Assembly (NCBI GenBank): GCA_016839785.1
Contig: JAEOTQ010000062.1
Location: forward strand, 1 to 29,340
Origin: Candidatus Hodarchaeota archaeon
GTDB taxonomy: Archaea > Asgardarchaeota > Heimdallarchaeia > Hodarchaeales > Hodarchaeaceae
Reading direction: 5' to 3'
DNA length: 29,340 bases
Below are positions 1 to 7,219 of the stretch, piece by piece (position 1 is the first letter of the stretch; each line of letters opens with the position of its first letter). The translations under genes were made by a program, and so were the position numbers. The notes beneath the pieces are model-generated. The model saw only the letters and a list, made by a program, of their open reading frames with translations, ran no database searches and was not told the origin of the DNA.

Positions 1-186
1 GTCCAGTTCAATAGTAGATACATCTACTGTTGAAAATTCTCTGATATTTGTCATTTTGGCACTCATTCCACTATTCTGGAGAAAAAGAAGATCCAATCTG
101 TGATAACACATCCCTCCTCGTGTTTCTACTGTCCACTCTGCCTCGTTATACTCCACTGTGTATTCCTCATCACTGCAAATACTCAA
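1..186 (-). CDS. Possible partial CDS running off the left edge (LSICSDEEYTVEYNEAEW...STIELD), unknown function
   Basis: Manual translation shows the minus-strand frame is open from TTG at 186 to base 1, just downstream of the TPR gene. Alternative in-frame ATGs exist and no family was recognised. Confidence 0.35.
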   Translation of the reverse strand, partial: MSICSDEEYTVEYNEAEWTVETRGGMCYHRLDLLFLQNSGMSAKMTNIREFSTVDVSTIELD

Positions 187-202
187 TCTGGTACTTTTCT
201 TA

Positions 203-1357
203 TCACTTGGTCCAATCGGGGCTTTCTATGAGCTTTTGAAATTCGGGTAGGTCACGAAGAGAATCAAAACTTGAAGTCTGTTTAGCTAACTGTCGATAAT
301 CTGGTAAGTGACGAAGAGACTTCAAGTTGGAGACTCGGTGTGCAGAGCGTCGAAAATTTAGGATCAATACAGTCTGCTTTTCGATAGCAAGGTTTAAACA
401 TCTGAGACTATTCAAAGAATCCTCCAATAACGCATAGCTACAAGCCATGGTAAAATACGCTTTCGCAGCCGTCATAGCTGAGGGATTACTGCCAAGGATC
501 TGCTGAGATTTTTTAATCACTCCCTCATGTCTCCCCAATCGTAGTAGAATACTTCCCCAGTCAATAGCAGCGTTGCTATAAGAAGGATCAAGGTTAATAA
601 TTTTCTGATATTGCTCATTTGCTTCTTTTGGTTTGTCCAATTGATCTAAGGCAATCCCCCAGTTAACATAGGTGAGGGTATGGGTAGCATCCAGCTCAGA
701 TGCCAGTTGAAATTTTTCAATTGCTTCTTTTGATCTACCCAATTTAGTTAAGGCAACTCCCCAGCCAGAATAGGCGAGAGATTGAGAAGCATCCAGTTCA
801 GTAGCTTGTTGAAATTTATCAAGGGCTTCTTTTGAATTACCCAATTTAACTAAGGAAAGACCCCAGCTCACATAGGCGTTGGAATGGAATGCATCACAGT
901 CAACTGCCTGTTGATATTTCTCTATCGCCTCTTTCGGCCGTCCTAATTTTTCTAACATGTTACCCCAGATTACATAATAGTCAGCATTAGAAGTATCCAG
1001 GTCAATCAGTTTTTGAAAATTTTCAAGAACTTCTGCTAATCTCCCCACTCTAATTAACGTAGTTCCCCAGTTAACATTGGCGGTGGTATAAGAAGCATCC
1101 AGGGTTGTGGCCTGCTGAAATTTTTCTAGTGCTTCCTCCAATTTTTCCAATTCAAATAATGTAATTCCCCAGTTGGCATAAGCGGCGACATTTGAAGCAT
1201 CCAGGTCAATCACGTGTTGATATTTTTCCATCGCTTCCTCGAATCTCCCCAAGTCATCTAAAGCATTTCCCCACTTGATGTAGGCATCGGTATCAGAAGC
1301 ATCCAATTCAATAGCTCGTCTATACTTTTCGATCTCTTCTACTAATTTGCGTTTCAT
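203..1357 (-). CDS. Tetratricopeptide repeat protein (about 8-9 TPRs plus C-terminal capping motif)
   Basis: 34-aa periodic AY.NWG..L..LG+.+EA.EK(Y/F)Q.A.ELD repeats. The C-terminus has YFTMACSYALL...FDSLRDLPEFQKL, a typical TPR-end motif. Confidence 0.92.
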   Translation of the reverse strand: MKRKLVEEIEKYRRAIELDASDTDAYIKWGNALDDLGRFEEAMEKYQHVIDLDASNVAAYANWGITLFELEKLEEALEKFQQATTLDASYTTANVNWGTTLIRVGRLAEVLENFQKLIDLDTSNADYYVIWGNMLEKLGRPKEAIEKYQQAVDCDAFHSNAYVSWGLSLVKLGNSKEALDKFQQATELDASQSLAYSGWGVALTKLGRSKEAIEKFQLASELDATHTLTYVNWGIALDQLDKPKEANEQYQKIINLDPSYSNAAIDWGSILLRLGRHEGVIKKSQQILGSNPSAMTAAKAYFTMACSYALLEDSLNSLRCLNLAIEKQTVLILNFRRSAHRVSNLKSLRHLPDYRQLAKQTSSFDSLRDLPEFQKLIESPDWTK

Positions 1358-1766
1358 TTTACATTGGCCTACTGATCAGGATGTCCACTAAAATTATATG
1401 TCAATGATGCAAGAATAACCCGTTTATCAAATTTGTTATCCTTAGGTCTCTCTCCGCAGGTACTTTTCTCCTTTATAGTCTCCCGAAGTTCTTCTAGACC
1501 CCTGAAAATCAATCTTTCATTTCCTTAAATGAGTCCCTAATAGTTTAAGAAACAACGGTTAAAGTTGTTGGAGTATGATACGGGCAGAAAAAGATAGGCC
1601 CAAATACAGTTTTATATACCTTAAGAGAGTGGAACTGATCACAAATGAAACTTTTTCTTCCTCCTTTATACACTAAACCTACTGGTGTACTCACCAGTAT
1701 AAGCAAATATACTCCAATATATTTCCGTTATTTCTTTATACTCACATAAAAAGAAGAATTACTCTG

Positions 1767-3014
1767 ATGAAGATTAGTGGATTAATGATTTCAGTAAGTT
1801 TATTCTCGTTTCTTTCGTTTTTACGTAGAGCAATCTTCTATGCATTCTTCTATGTCTATTTACGGTCATTTCTAGGATTATCTAATACATTATCTGCGCT
1901 TTTAGGAACAGCTAACCTTGCTACATCGACTGTAGGGCAGCTAAAAATATGGGGGCCAAGACTTAATCGGAATCCTCATCTAGCTAAGAAATATGTAGTA
2001 CGTGGTGAAGTAATTGCAGGTATTGTCTATTTAATAGCTTTCTTGGGCCATCGAATATTTGTTAATTCGAATTCTAACCTCATTGCGGCCTTATTTCTAA
2101 TTTCTTGTACCAGTTTTCTTGAAATCTTTTGGTCAGGAAGCGATCTAGGGATAAGACAATTACAGGCGGAAGCTACAATAGGTGAAAATCGTGGGCGGCT
2201 TGTAGGAACAATTGATGGTATTGGGCTAATTGGTCAACTTCTTGGATTTCTTATTGGCGGAATTCTTTATCAGGAAGGTAATGGATTCTTCAATGGATCG
2301 ATATTTTATGTTGTTGTTATTCTAATCTTCGCCTGTGCATTCGTCATCTTCATTGCTCCTTATGATAGCGAATTTAAACAGAGTGATAGCCTGATCTTGA
2401 CGGCAGGTGGAATAAAAGAGGTATTCAAGCTCCCTGCCTTTGGTTACTTCATCATCATTCTGGGAATTTTAACCATGGGTATTTCCGCCAGTACCCAGCT
2501 ATTTCTCTATTATGTTACAGACCAATCTGCACTTAATTTTAGTGCTAAAGTGTTAAGTTATCTGTTAATTCTGTTTTCCCTCTCTGGGGGATTAATTACA
2601 CCGATTGGGGGGAAGCTGTCTGATTCTTGGGGAAGGATTCCAATTATGACAATTTCTGGTTTCGGTGCGGCTCTCAGTTATTTTGCCTTTTTTTCATTAG
2701 GACAGCAACCTCTTCTCATCATTGCGATTGTTTATTCGGTGTTAGGCGCATCCTCAGCCATTCTACAGTCAATAGCATTCTCTCATGCCGCTGATCTCCT
2801 TCCCCAAGAATTTCAAGGTACAGGTTTTGGTGTATTCAACGTAACACTAGCAACAGGTTGGGGTTTGGCAGGTTTTCTCATTGGAGGCCCAATTTCTGAT
2901 GTGTTGATTTCTTTAGGTGAATCAACTGCTTCCGCTTATCGTTCGTCATTTCTTGTTTCAGGACTAATAATCTTATTTGGCACAGTTGCTTTGCTAAGTG
3001 TTAAACGGAAATAG
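1767..3014 (+). CDS. Major facilitator superfamily transporter
   Basis: About 12 hydrophobic segments, motif A-like GKLSDSWGR, ENRGRLVG, and QGTGFGVFN in the C-terminal half. Confidence 0.88.
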   Translation: MKISGLMISVSLFSFLSFLRRAIFYAFFYVYLRSFLGLSNTLSALLGTANLATSTVGQLKIWGPRLNRNPHLAKKYVVRGEVIAGIVYLIAFLGHRIFVNSNSNLIAALFLISCTSFLEIFWSGSDLGIRQLQAEATIGENRGRLVGTIDGIGLIGQLLGFLIGGILYQEGNGFFNGSIFYVVVILIFACAFVIFIAPYDSEFKQSDSLILTAGGIKEVFKLPAFGYFIIILGILTMGISASTQLFLYYVTDQSALNFSAKVLSYLLILFSLSGGLITPIGGKLSDSWGRIPIMTISGFGAALSYFAFFSLGQQPLLIIAIVYSVLGASSAILQSIAFSHAADLLPQEFQGTGFGVFNVTLATGWGLAGFLIGGPISDVLISLGESTASAYRSSFLVSGLIILFGTVALLSVKRK

Positions 3015-3180
3015 AACAGTCGGGTCTCCTCAGGTTGAATATTCTAGGCAGTTGGCTTCAATCGGACAAAGACGTAGATGTTCTTTTGAGGGGTCTCCAG
3101 ATATCCATTAATTATCTTCAATGAAATAAAAAAGAATAGTAGAATTCTAAGTCTAAAAAAATAAGAAAAAAGGAGAGAAT

Positions 3181-3280
3181 CTAACTCTTCTTTCTTTATC
3201 TTCTCTTCCATGGGAAGGGGGTTTGTTCCGAAAACGCCTACAGGTGGTAATCCTGATCCTCCTTGAGAAATTCCCGTGAA
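3181..3280 (-). pseudogene. Orphan diverged copy of the stomatin C-terminal tail (FTGISQGGSGLPPVGVFGTNPLPMEEKIKKEEL)
   Basis: The 14-mer cctacaggtggtaa occurs at both 3237-3250 and 3381-3394. The translation aligns with GFSG...GGLPPVGFYGVKELPTTDKKKKTEE. Confidence 0.7.
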
Positions 3281-3322
3281 AAATGATAACGAAAAAAAGA
3301 AAGGATAAAAAGATTCGAAGAA

Positions 3323-4219
3323 TTATTCCTCAGTCTTCTTTTTCTTGTCTGTTGTGGGAAGTTCTTTCACCCCATAAAAACCTACAGGTGGTAAGCCTCC
3401 GTCTCCAGATGTCCTTCCTAGATTACTAGTTGTTCCTGAAAATCCCGCTACAGGAATATTTGTAGGGATCAGCATTATAGTTGCTCCACCTTCAGTTGCA
3501 GCTTCAAAGAGTAAATTTATCCAACGTAATTCCATTGCCAATGGTACTTTTGCATATTGTTCAGCTGCTTCTATCATACCTTTTGCTGCTTCTTTTTCTG
3601 CTTGGGCAAGTGTGATACGCGCACGTCTTTCTCTTTCTGCCTCTGCTTGACGGGAAATTGCTTCTTGTAACCTTCCTGGTACGACTACATCACGAATTTC
3701 AACACTCATGATTTTTATACCCCACATTACGGTCTTCTCATCAACAATTTCTTGCATATGATGAGCAATCTTTTCTCTTTCAGCTAACACTTCATCGAGT
3801 TCCACTTGTCCTGTTACCTCTCGTAATGTAGTTTGAGCAACCCACTGGGTAGCGGATTGATAATGTTCCACTTCTAAGATAGTTTTTTCCACATCTACTA
3901 CCTTGAAAAATAATACGGCATCGATAGTAACGGGGACGTTATCTCTAGTTAGACTTTGTTCAGAACGGAATGAGTATGTTTGGATTCGTGTGGAGATAAC
4001 AGAGGGAATTTTATCAATACCTGGAATAATCCAGAACACTCCTGGTCCCTTTAATCCTGTATATCGTCCAAGACGAAGAACAGGGGCCCGTTCCCATTCT
4101 TTTATTATCTTAATACCACTAAGGAGATAAATAACGACGAGGATCAGACCAAACAATCCAACAAACATTAACATAACATCTAAGCCCTCACTTTGGGCAA
4201 AAAAATTCATAATTTCCAT
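3323..4219 (-). CDS. SPFH/band 7 (stomatin-like) membrane protein
   Basis: N-terminal TM helix, WERAPVLRLG, GPG.F.IIP, TRDNVPVTIDAV, AQTTLRE..G, QAEAERERRA coiled coil. Confidence 0.95.
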   Translation of the reverse strand: MEIMNFFAQSEGLDVMLMFVGLFGLILVVIYLLSGIKIIKEWERAPVLRLGRYTGLKGPGVFWIIPGIDKIPSVISTRIQTYSFRSEQSLTRDNVPVTIDAVLFFKVVDVEKTILEVEHYQSATQWVAQTTLREVTGQVELDEVLAEREKIAHHMQEIVDEKTVMWGIKIMSVEIRDVVVPGRLQEAISRQAEAERERRARITLAQAEKEAAKGMIEAAEQYAKVPLAMELRWINLLFEAATEGGATIMLIPTNIPVAGFSGTTSNLGRTSGDGGLPPVGFYGVKELPTTDKKKKTEE

Positions 4220-4367
4220 TTATTTAACCTATTTTTCGTTCTTCTTGATTATTAGTCACATTTTGACTAGAAAATTATATAATTTAAATCCTCACGTTAC
4301 GGAAAGCAAAGAGATCAATAATTTCTTTGTCCGATATTCCTTGCCTCCGAATGCAGGAATTGTTCAC

Positions 4368-4781
4368 ATGGCTTCAAATCACATTCTTGTTGAATTTTCA
4401 ATCGCTGGTCAGAATGAATACGGTCGTGGTATATTAGATCGTAACCTTGCTTCCCGTACAATAGCGTTAATCAATTATCAACTTAGGAATGCAATTCAAA
4501 CACGAATTGTAGTCCGTAATGGAGAAGTCAGTTTTCCATTTAAGATTGGTAGGGCAGGCCCTGAAAATGCCAAGAAAAAAGTTCAGAAGGGAGATATTGG
4601 ATATTGGACGCAAAGCAATGTTCTAATTATTTTCTTATCTGATAAAGAAACTGCATATCCAGTTAATATCATTGGACATATTCAACAGGGGGACATTAAA
4701 TTTTTCGAGAAATTGAGAATTGGCCGGTCCATTAAACTTGAAAGAGTTAAGAGCGCGATCGATGAGGAGGACTACCTCTAA
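4368..4781 (+). CDS. Cyclophilin-like fold protein (TM1367/DUF369 type)
   Basis: GEVSFP, ENAKKKVQKGDIGYW, LIIF and YPVNIIG match the TM1367-like pattern. ATG 4368 is preferred over the track's TTG 4245, which would overlap the divergent promoter region. Confidence 0.72.
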   Translation: MASNHILVEFSIAGQNEYGRGILDRNLASRTIALINYQLRNAIQTRIVVRNGEVSFPFKIGRAGPENAKKKVQKGDIGYWTQSNVLIIFLSDKETAYPVNIIGHIQQGDIKFFEKLRIGRSIKLERVKSAIDEEDYL

Positions 4782-4785
4782 ACGA

Positions 4786-5517
4786 TCAGTGGCCGAAAAA
4801 TAATCTCTCAGCTAATCGTATTGGTAAACCGACTTTTTGAATTTCTCTAGCGACATCTCTGATGTCATAGCTTACCCTTATCCAGTCTAATTTAATCGAA
4901 GAGTCTGGGTTTATTTCCATAATACCAACAGATGCCCGTGGATCATTATCACGTGGTTGACCTACGCTTCCAGGATTAAAAATGACTTTTCCCTCTTCGT
5001 TTTGATATATTAATGGGATATGGGTATGACCTGCAATAAGAAGTACATTATCCCCAATCATTCCTAAAAGTTCATCTTTTCGTTGTTTGGAGTCTTCGGG
5101 ATAAATATAATCTGTTAAATACTCTTTAGGAGAGGCGTGTGTCAAATATATCTTGATACCACTCTCTTCGATTTCTTTATATTCATTTTGGGCTATAATG
5201 GAAATATAGGTCTTATTGTAGGTAGTAAGTTCGTCAAAAGTCCAAAGGACTGCTTTTTCTGCGTCAGGATTAAATCCATCAGCATTACCCGTTGCGCAAG
5301 CAACATCATGATTACCAATTATATTTAAATCGAAAGATTCTGATATTTTTACGAGTTCATTGGGATAAGGCCCGTACCCGATAATATCACCTAAGCATAT
5401 AGTATAATCGATATTTTTTCCATATTGCTCTTGAATTTCATCGCGAATAGCATTATAAGCAGTCAAATTACTATGGAGGTCTGCTAAAAATAATATCCGC
5501 ATTGGTCGAGTAGACAT
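4786..5517 (-). CDS. Calcineurin-like metallophosphoesterase (MJ0912/YfcE-like)
   Basis: DLHSN, GDIIGYGP, GNHD, HAS, GHTH and NPGSVGQPRD motifs. The start is ATG 5517 or TTG 5529. Confidence 0.93.
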   Translation of the reverse strand: MSTRPMRILFLADLHSNLTAYNAIRDEIQEQYGKNIDYTICLGDIIGYGPYPNELVKISESFDLNIIGNHDVACATGNADGFNPDAEKAVLWTFDELTTYNKTYISIIAQNEYKEIEESGIKIYLTHASPKEYLTDYIYPEDSKQRKDELLGMIGDNVLLIAGHTHIPLIYQNEEGKVIFNPGSVGQPRDNDPRASVGIMEINPDSSIKLDWIRVSYDIRDVAREIQKVGLPIRLAERLFFGH

Positions 5518-5660
5518 GGAATATCCCAAAATCGAATTTTTGACTCATGTTATCTTATAAAAGTAGCATTTATCCCTGAATATTTATTTTTCCTAATGAG
5601 AGAAAAAAAGAATGTAAGTGGTTCGGTTACCACTAATAGTTTTATCTTAAGATTCTCTCA

Positions 5661-6323
5661 TTAATCGGATGTTAGAATTTGAATTTCTAATTCTTTTTCA
5701 GTGAGAGTTTCTTTTTTATTCAAGGCAGTTGTTATTATTTCAAGAACTAATTTCTTTGCAGCTTCAACATCAATACCTTGCTTATACTCTTTACGAAGAG
5801 CATCGATGATTCGTTCATTTCCACTTCCTGCAGCATATGCATTTACTGCGAAGAAAGAACCTCCATTGTCTACAAAGAACAATTCTGCTTCTTTAGAGAT
5901 CGGATTAAACCCTGCTAGAAGTAAAGCTGTCCCAAAAGGTCTAAGTCCACCTTGAATGGTATGACGGGCCATTAAATCTCCTAATCGTTGAGCTAACGCT
6001 CTAACAGAGATTTTTTCTCCGTAAATCAAACGATGTTGTTGTGCAACTAAACGAGCCTGTCCTATTAAAAGGTTCGAATCGGTTGAAAGCCCAGATGCAA
6101 TTAGGAATAACCTACTATCTATTTCTTGAATCTTGTCTGGTTTTACAACTAACGGATCGAATAATGTTTCGCCAGCAAGTAAAATGGTCTTGTTGTCTAA
6201 GATCATTCCTAAAGCGGCTGCTCCTTTCTCAGATGCTTTCCGTGCATAAGATAATTGAACTAATTCGCCGTCAGGACTCCAAATTGCTGCAGATTTATCG
6301 TATGGTATTCTAGAATCGTACAT
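5661..6323 (-). CDS. psmA: 20S proteasome alpha subunit (divergent)
   Basis: YDKSAAIWSPDGELVQLSYA (canonical [20 protein letters not shown]), DKIQEID, SGLSTD, RPFG, AAGSG. ATG 6323 is preceded by a GAGGT SD overlapping the psmB stop. Confidence 0.9.
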   Translation of the reverse strand: MYDSRIPYDKSAAIWSPDGELVQLSYARKASEKGAAALGMILDNKTILLAGETLFDPLVVKPDKIQEIDSRLFLIASGLSTDSNLLIGQARLVAQQHRLIYGEKISVRALAQRLGDLMARHTIQGGLRPFGTALLLAGFNPISKEAELFFVDNGGSFFAVNAYAAGSGNERIIDALRKEYKQGIDVEAAKKLVLEIITTALNKKETLTEKELEIQILTSD

Positions 6324-6333
6324 GGTAAATACC

Positions 6334-7023
6334 TCACATATCAATATGGATTTCTTCTGTTATAACTTGATCTCCATCCTTAATGAAGATCAATCCATCA
6401 ATTCCATTCCCAGTAGCATTATCTCTTGCAAGAGATGTCTTTAAAGCTGCAATAGCAAGATTTTTCGCCGTCTCTTTGTCGAGATCAGGTTTATATGAAT
6501 TTTCTAATACACCAATGGATAGAAGGGTTCCTGATCCAATTGCAAAGAAATCTTCGTCAGATAAAGACCCATCAGGACCTATAACATAAACATGTGATCC
6601 ACGACGATCGACTCCGGCAACTAAAAGTTGTACCCACCAAGGTTGAAATCTTCGATAACTTCCGTGCATAATAGTGGCAAGTAAACTCCCTGCTACTTTT
6701 ATACTGGGCTTGAAATTGTTTTCAAGCTGATAAAGACGTAATTCACTTCGCAACAAATCCACTAGTGCTTGTGCATCGGATACAGATCCTGCAATGCCAA
6801 TACCAGTGTAATCATTAACCTTATGGACCTTTTTTGCTTGTTTACTAGCGGTAAAACTGCCCATTGATGCACGACGATCAGCGACAACTAAAGCACCATT
6901 TTTAAATTTCAATGCTAGTCCTGTTGTCCCTTTTAATCGATTCATCTGGTCTTGCTGTGAATTATTAAATAAGGGGTTTGTTGGATAATTCACTCTGTAT
7001 TTCTCCTTTATTGTGTTTTTCAT
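6334..7023 (-). CDS. psmB: 20S proteasome beta subunit with propeptide
   Basis: KG|TTG cleavage site with Thr1, Asp17 and Lys33 at the expected spacing, plus AGSVSDAQ, AIGSG and RDNATGNG. An alternative start is GTG 6993 with an AAGGAG SD. Confidence 0.95.
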   Translation of the reverse strand: MKNTIKEKYRVNYPTNPLFNNSQQDQMNRLKGTTGLALKFKNGALVVADRRASMGSFTASKQAKKVHKVNDYTGIGIAGSVSDAQALVDLLRSELRLYQLENNFKPSIKVAGSLLATIMHGSYRRFQPWWVQLLVAGVDRRGSHVYVIGPDGSLSDEDFFAIGSGTLLSIGVLENSYKPDLDKETAKNLAIAALKTSLARDNATGNGIDGLIFIKDGDQVITEEIHIDM

Positions 7024-7049
7024 TGTTGTTGAATATTGTATTGTTTCAT
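7020..7049 (-). other. Candidate uORF MKQYNIQQQ* overlapping the psmB ATG (ATGA)
   Basis: atg aaa caa tac aat att caa caa caa tga read directly. A weak TATA-like catattaa lies about 22-29 nt upstream. Confidence 0.35.
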
Positions 7050-7219
7050 GTGAAGTATTTCAAGACACCATTAATATGACTGGCTTTTGACGAAAAAAGG
7101 AAACATTAGTTTAGTAGACAAGAATGATATTGATTTTGGTTTTTTTCTTTTTAACTTCAGAAATTCAAAGTCATTTACCTTCTAAACTTATCTTTGGTTA
7201 TATTTTGTCGATTAAGAAC

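Noticed and set aside
540-1320. Periodic nucleotide repeats as a CRISPR array or DGR
   Set aside because: The period is 102 nt within a coding TPR array, and there is no cas gene or reverse transcriptase.
1369-1512. Open minus-strand frame LIFRGLEELRETIKEK... upstream of the TPR gene
   Set aside because: It is under 50 codons with no convincing start context or recognisable homology.
1645-1749. 34-aa ORF MKLFLPPLY... upstream of the MFS gene
   Set aside because: It has no SD, no recognisable family and no codon bias, and it overlaps a plausible leaderless MFS promoter.
3045-3325. Stop-codon readthrough (Sec/Pyl) extending stomatin into the second tail
   Set aside because: The stop is TAA and is followed by a U-rich terminator-like tract. 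The in-frame position has a 1-in-3 chance of being coincidental.
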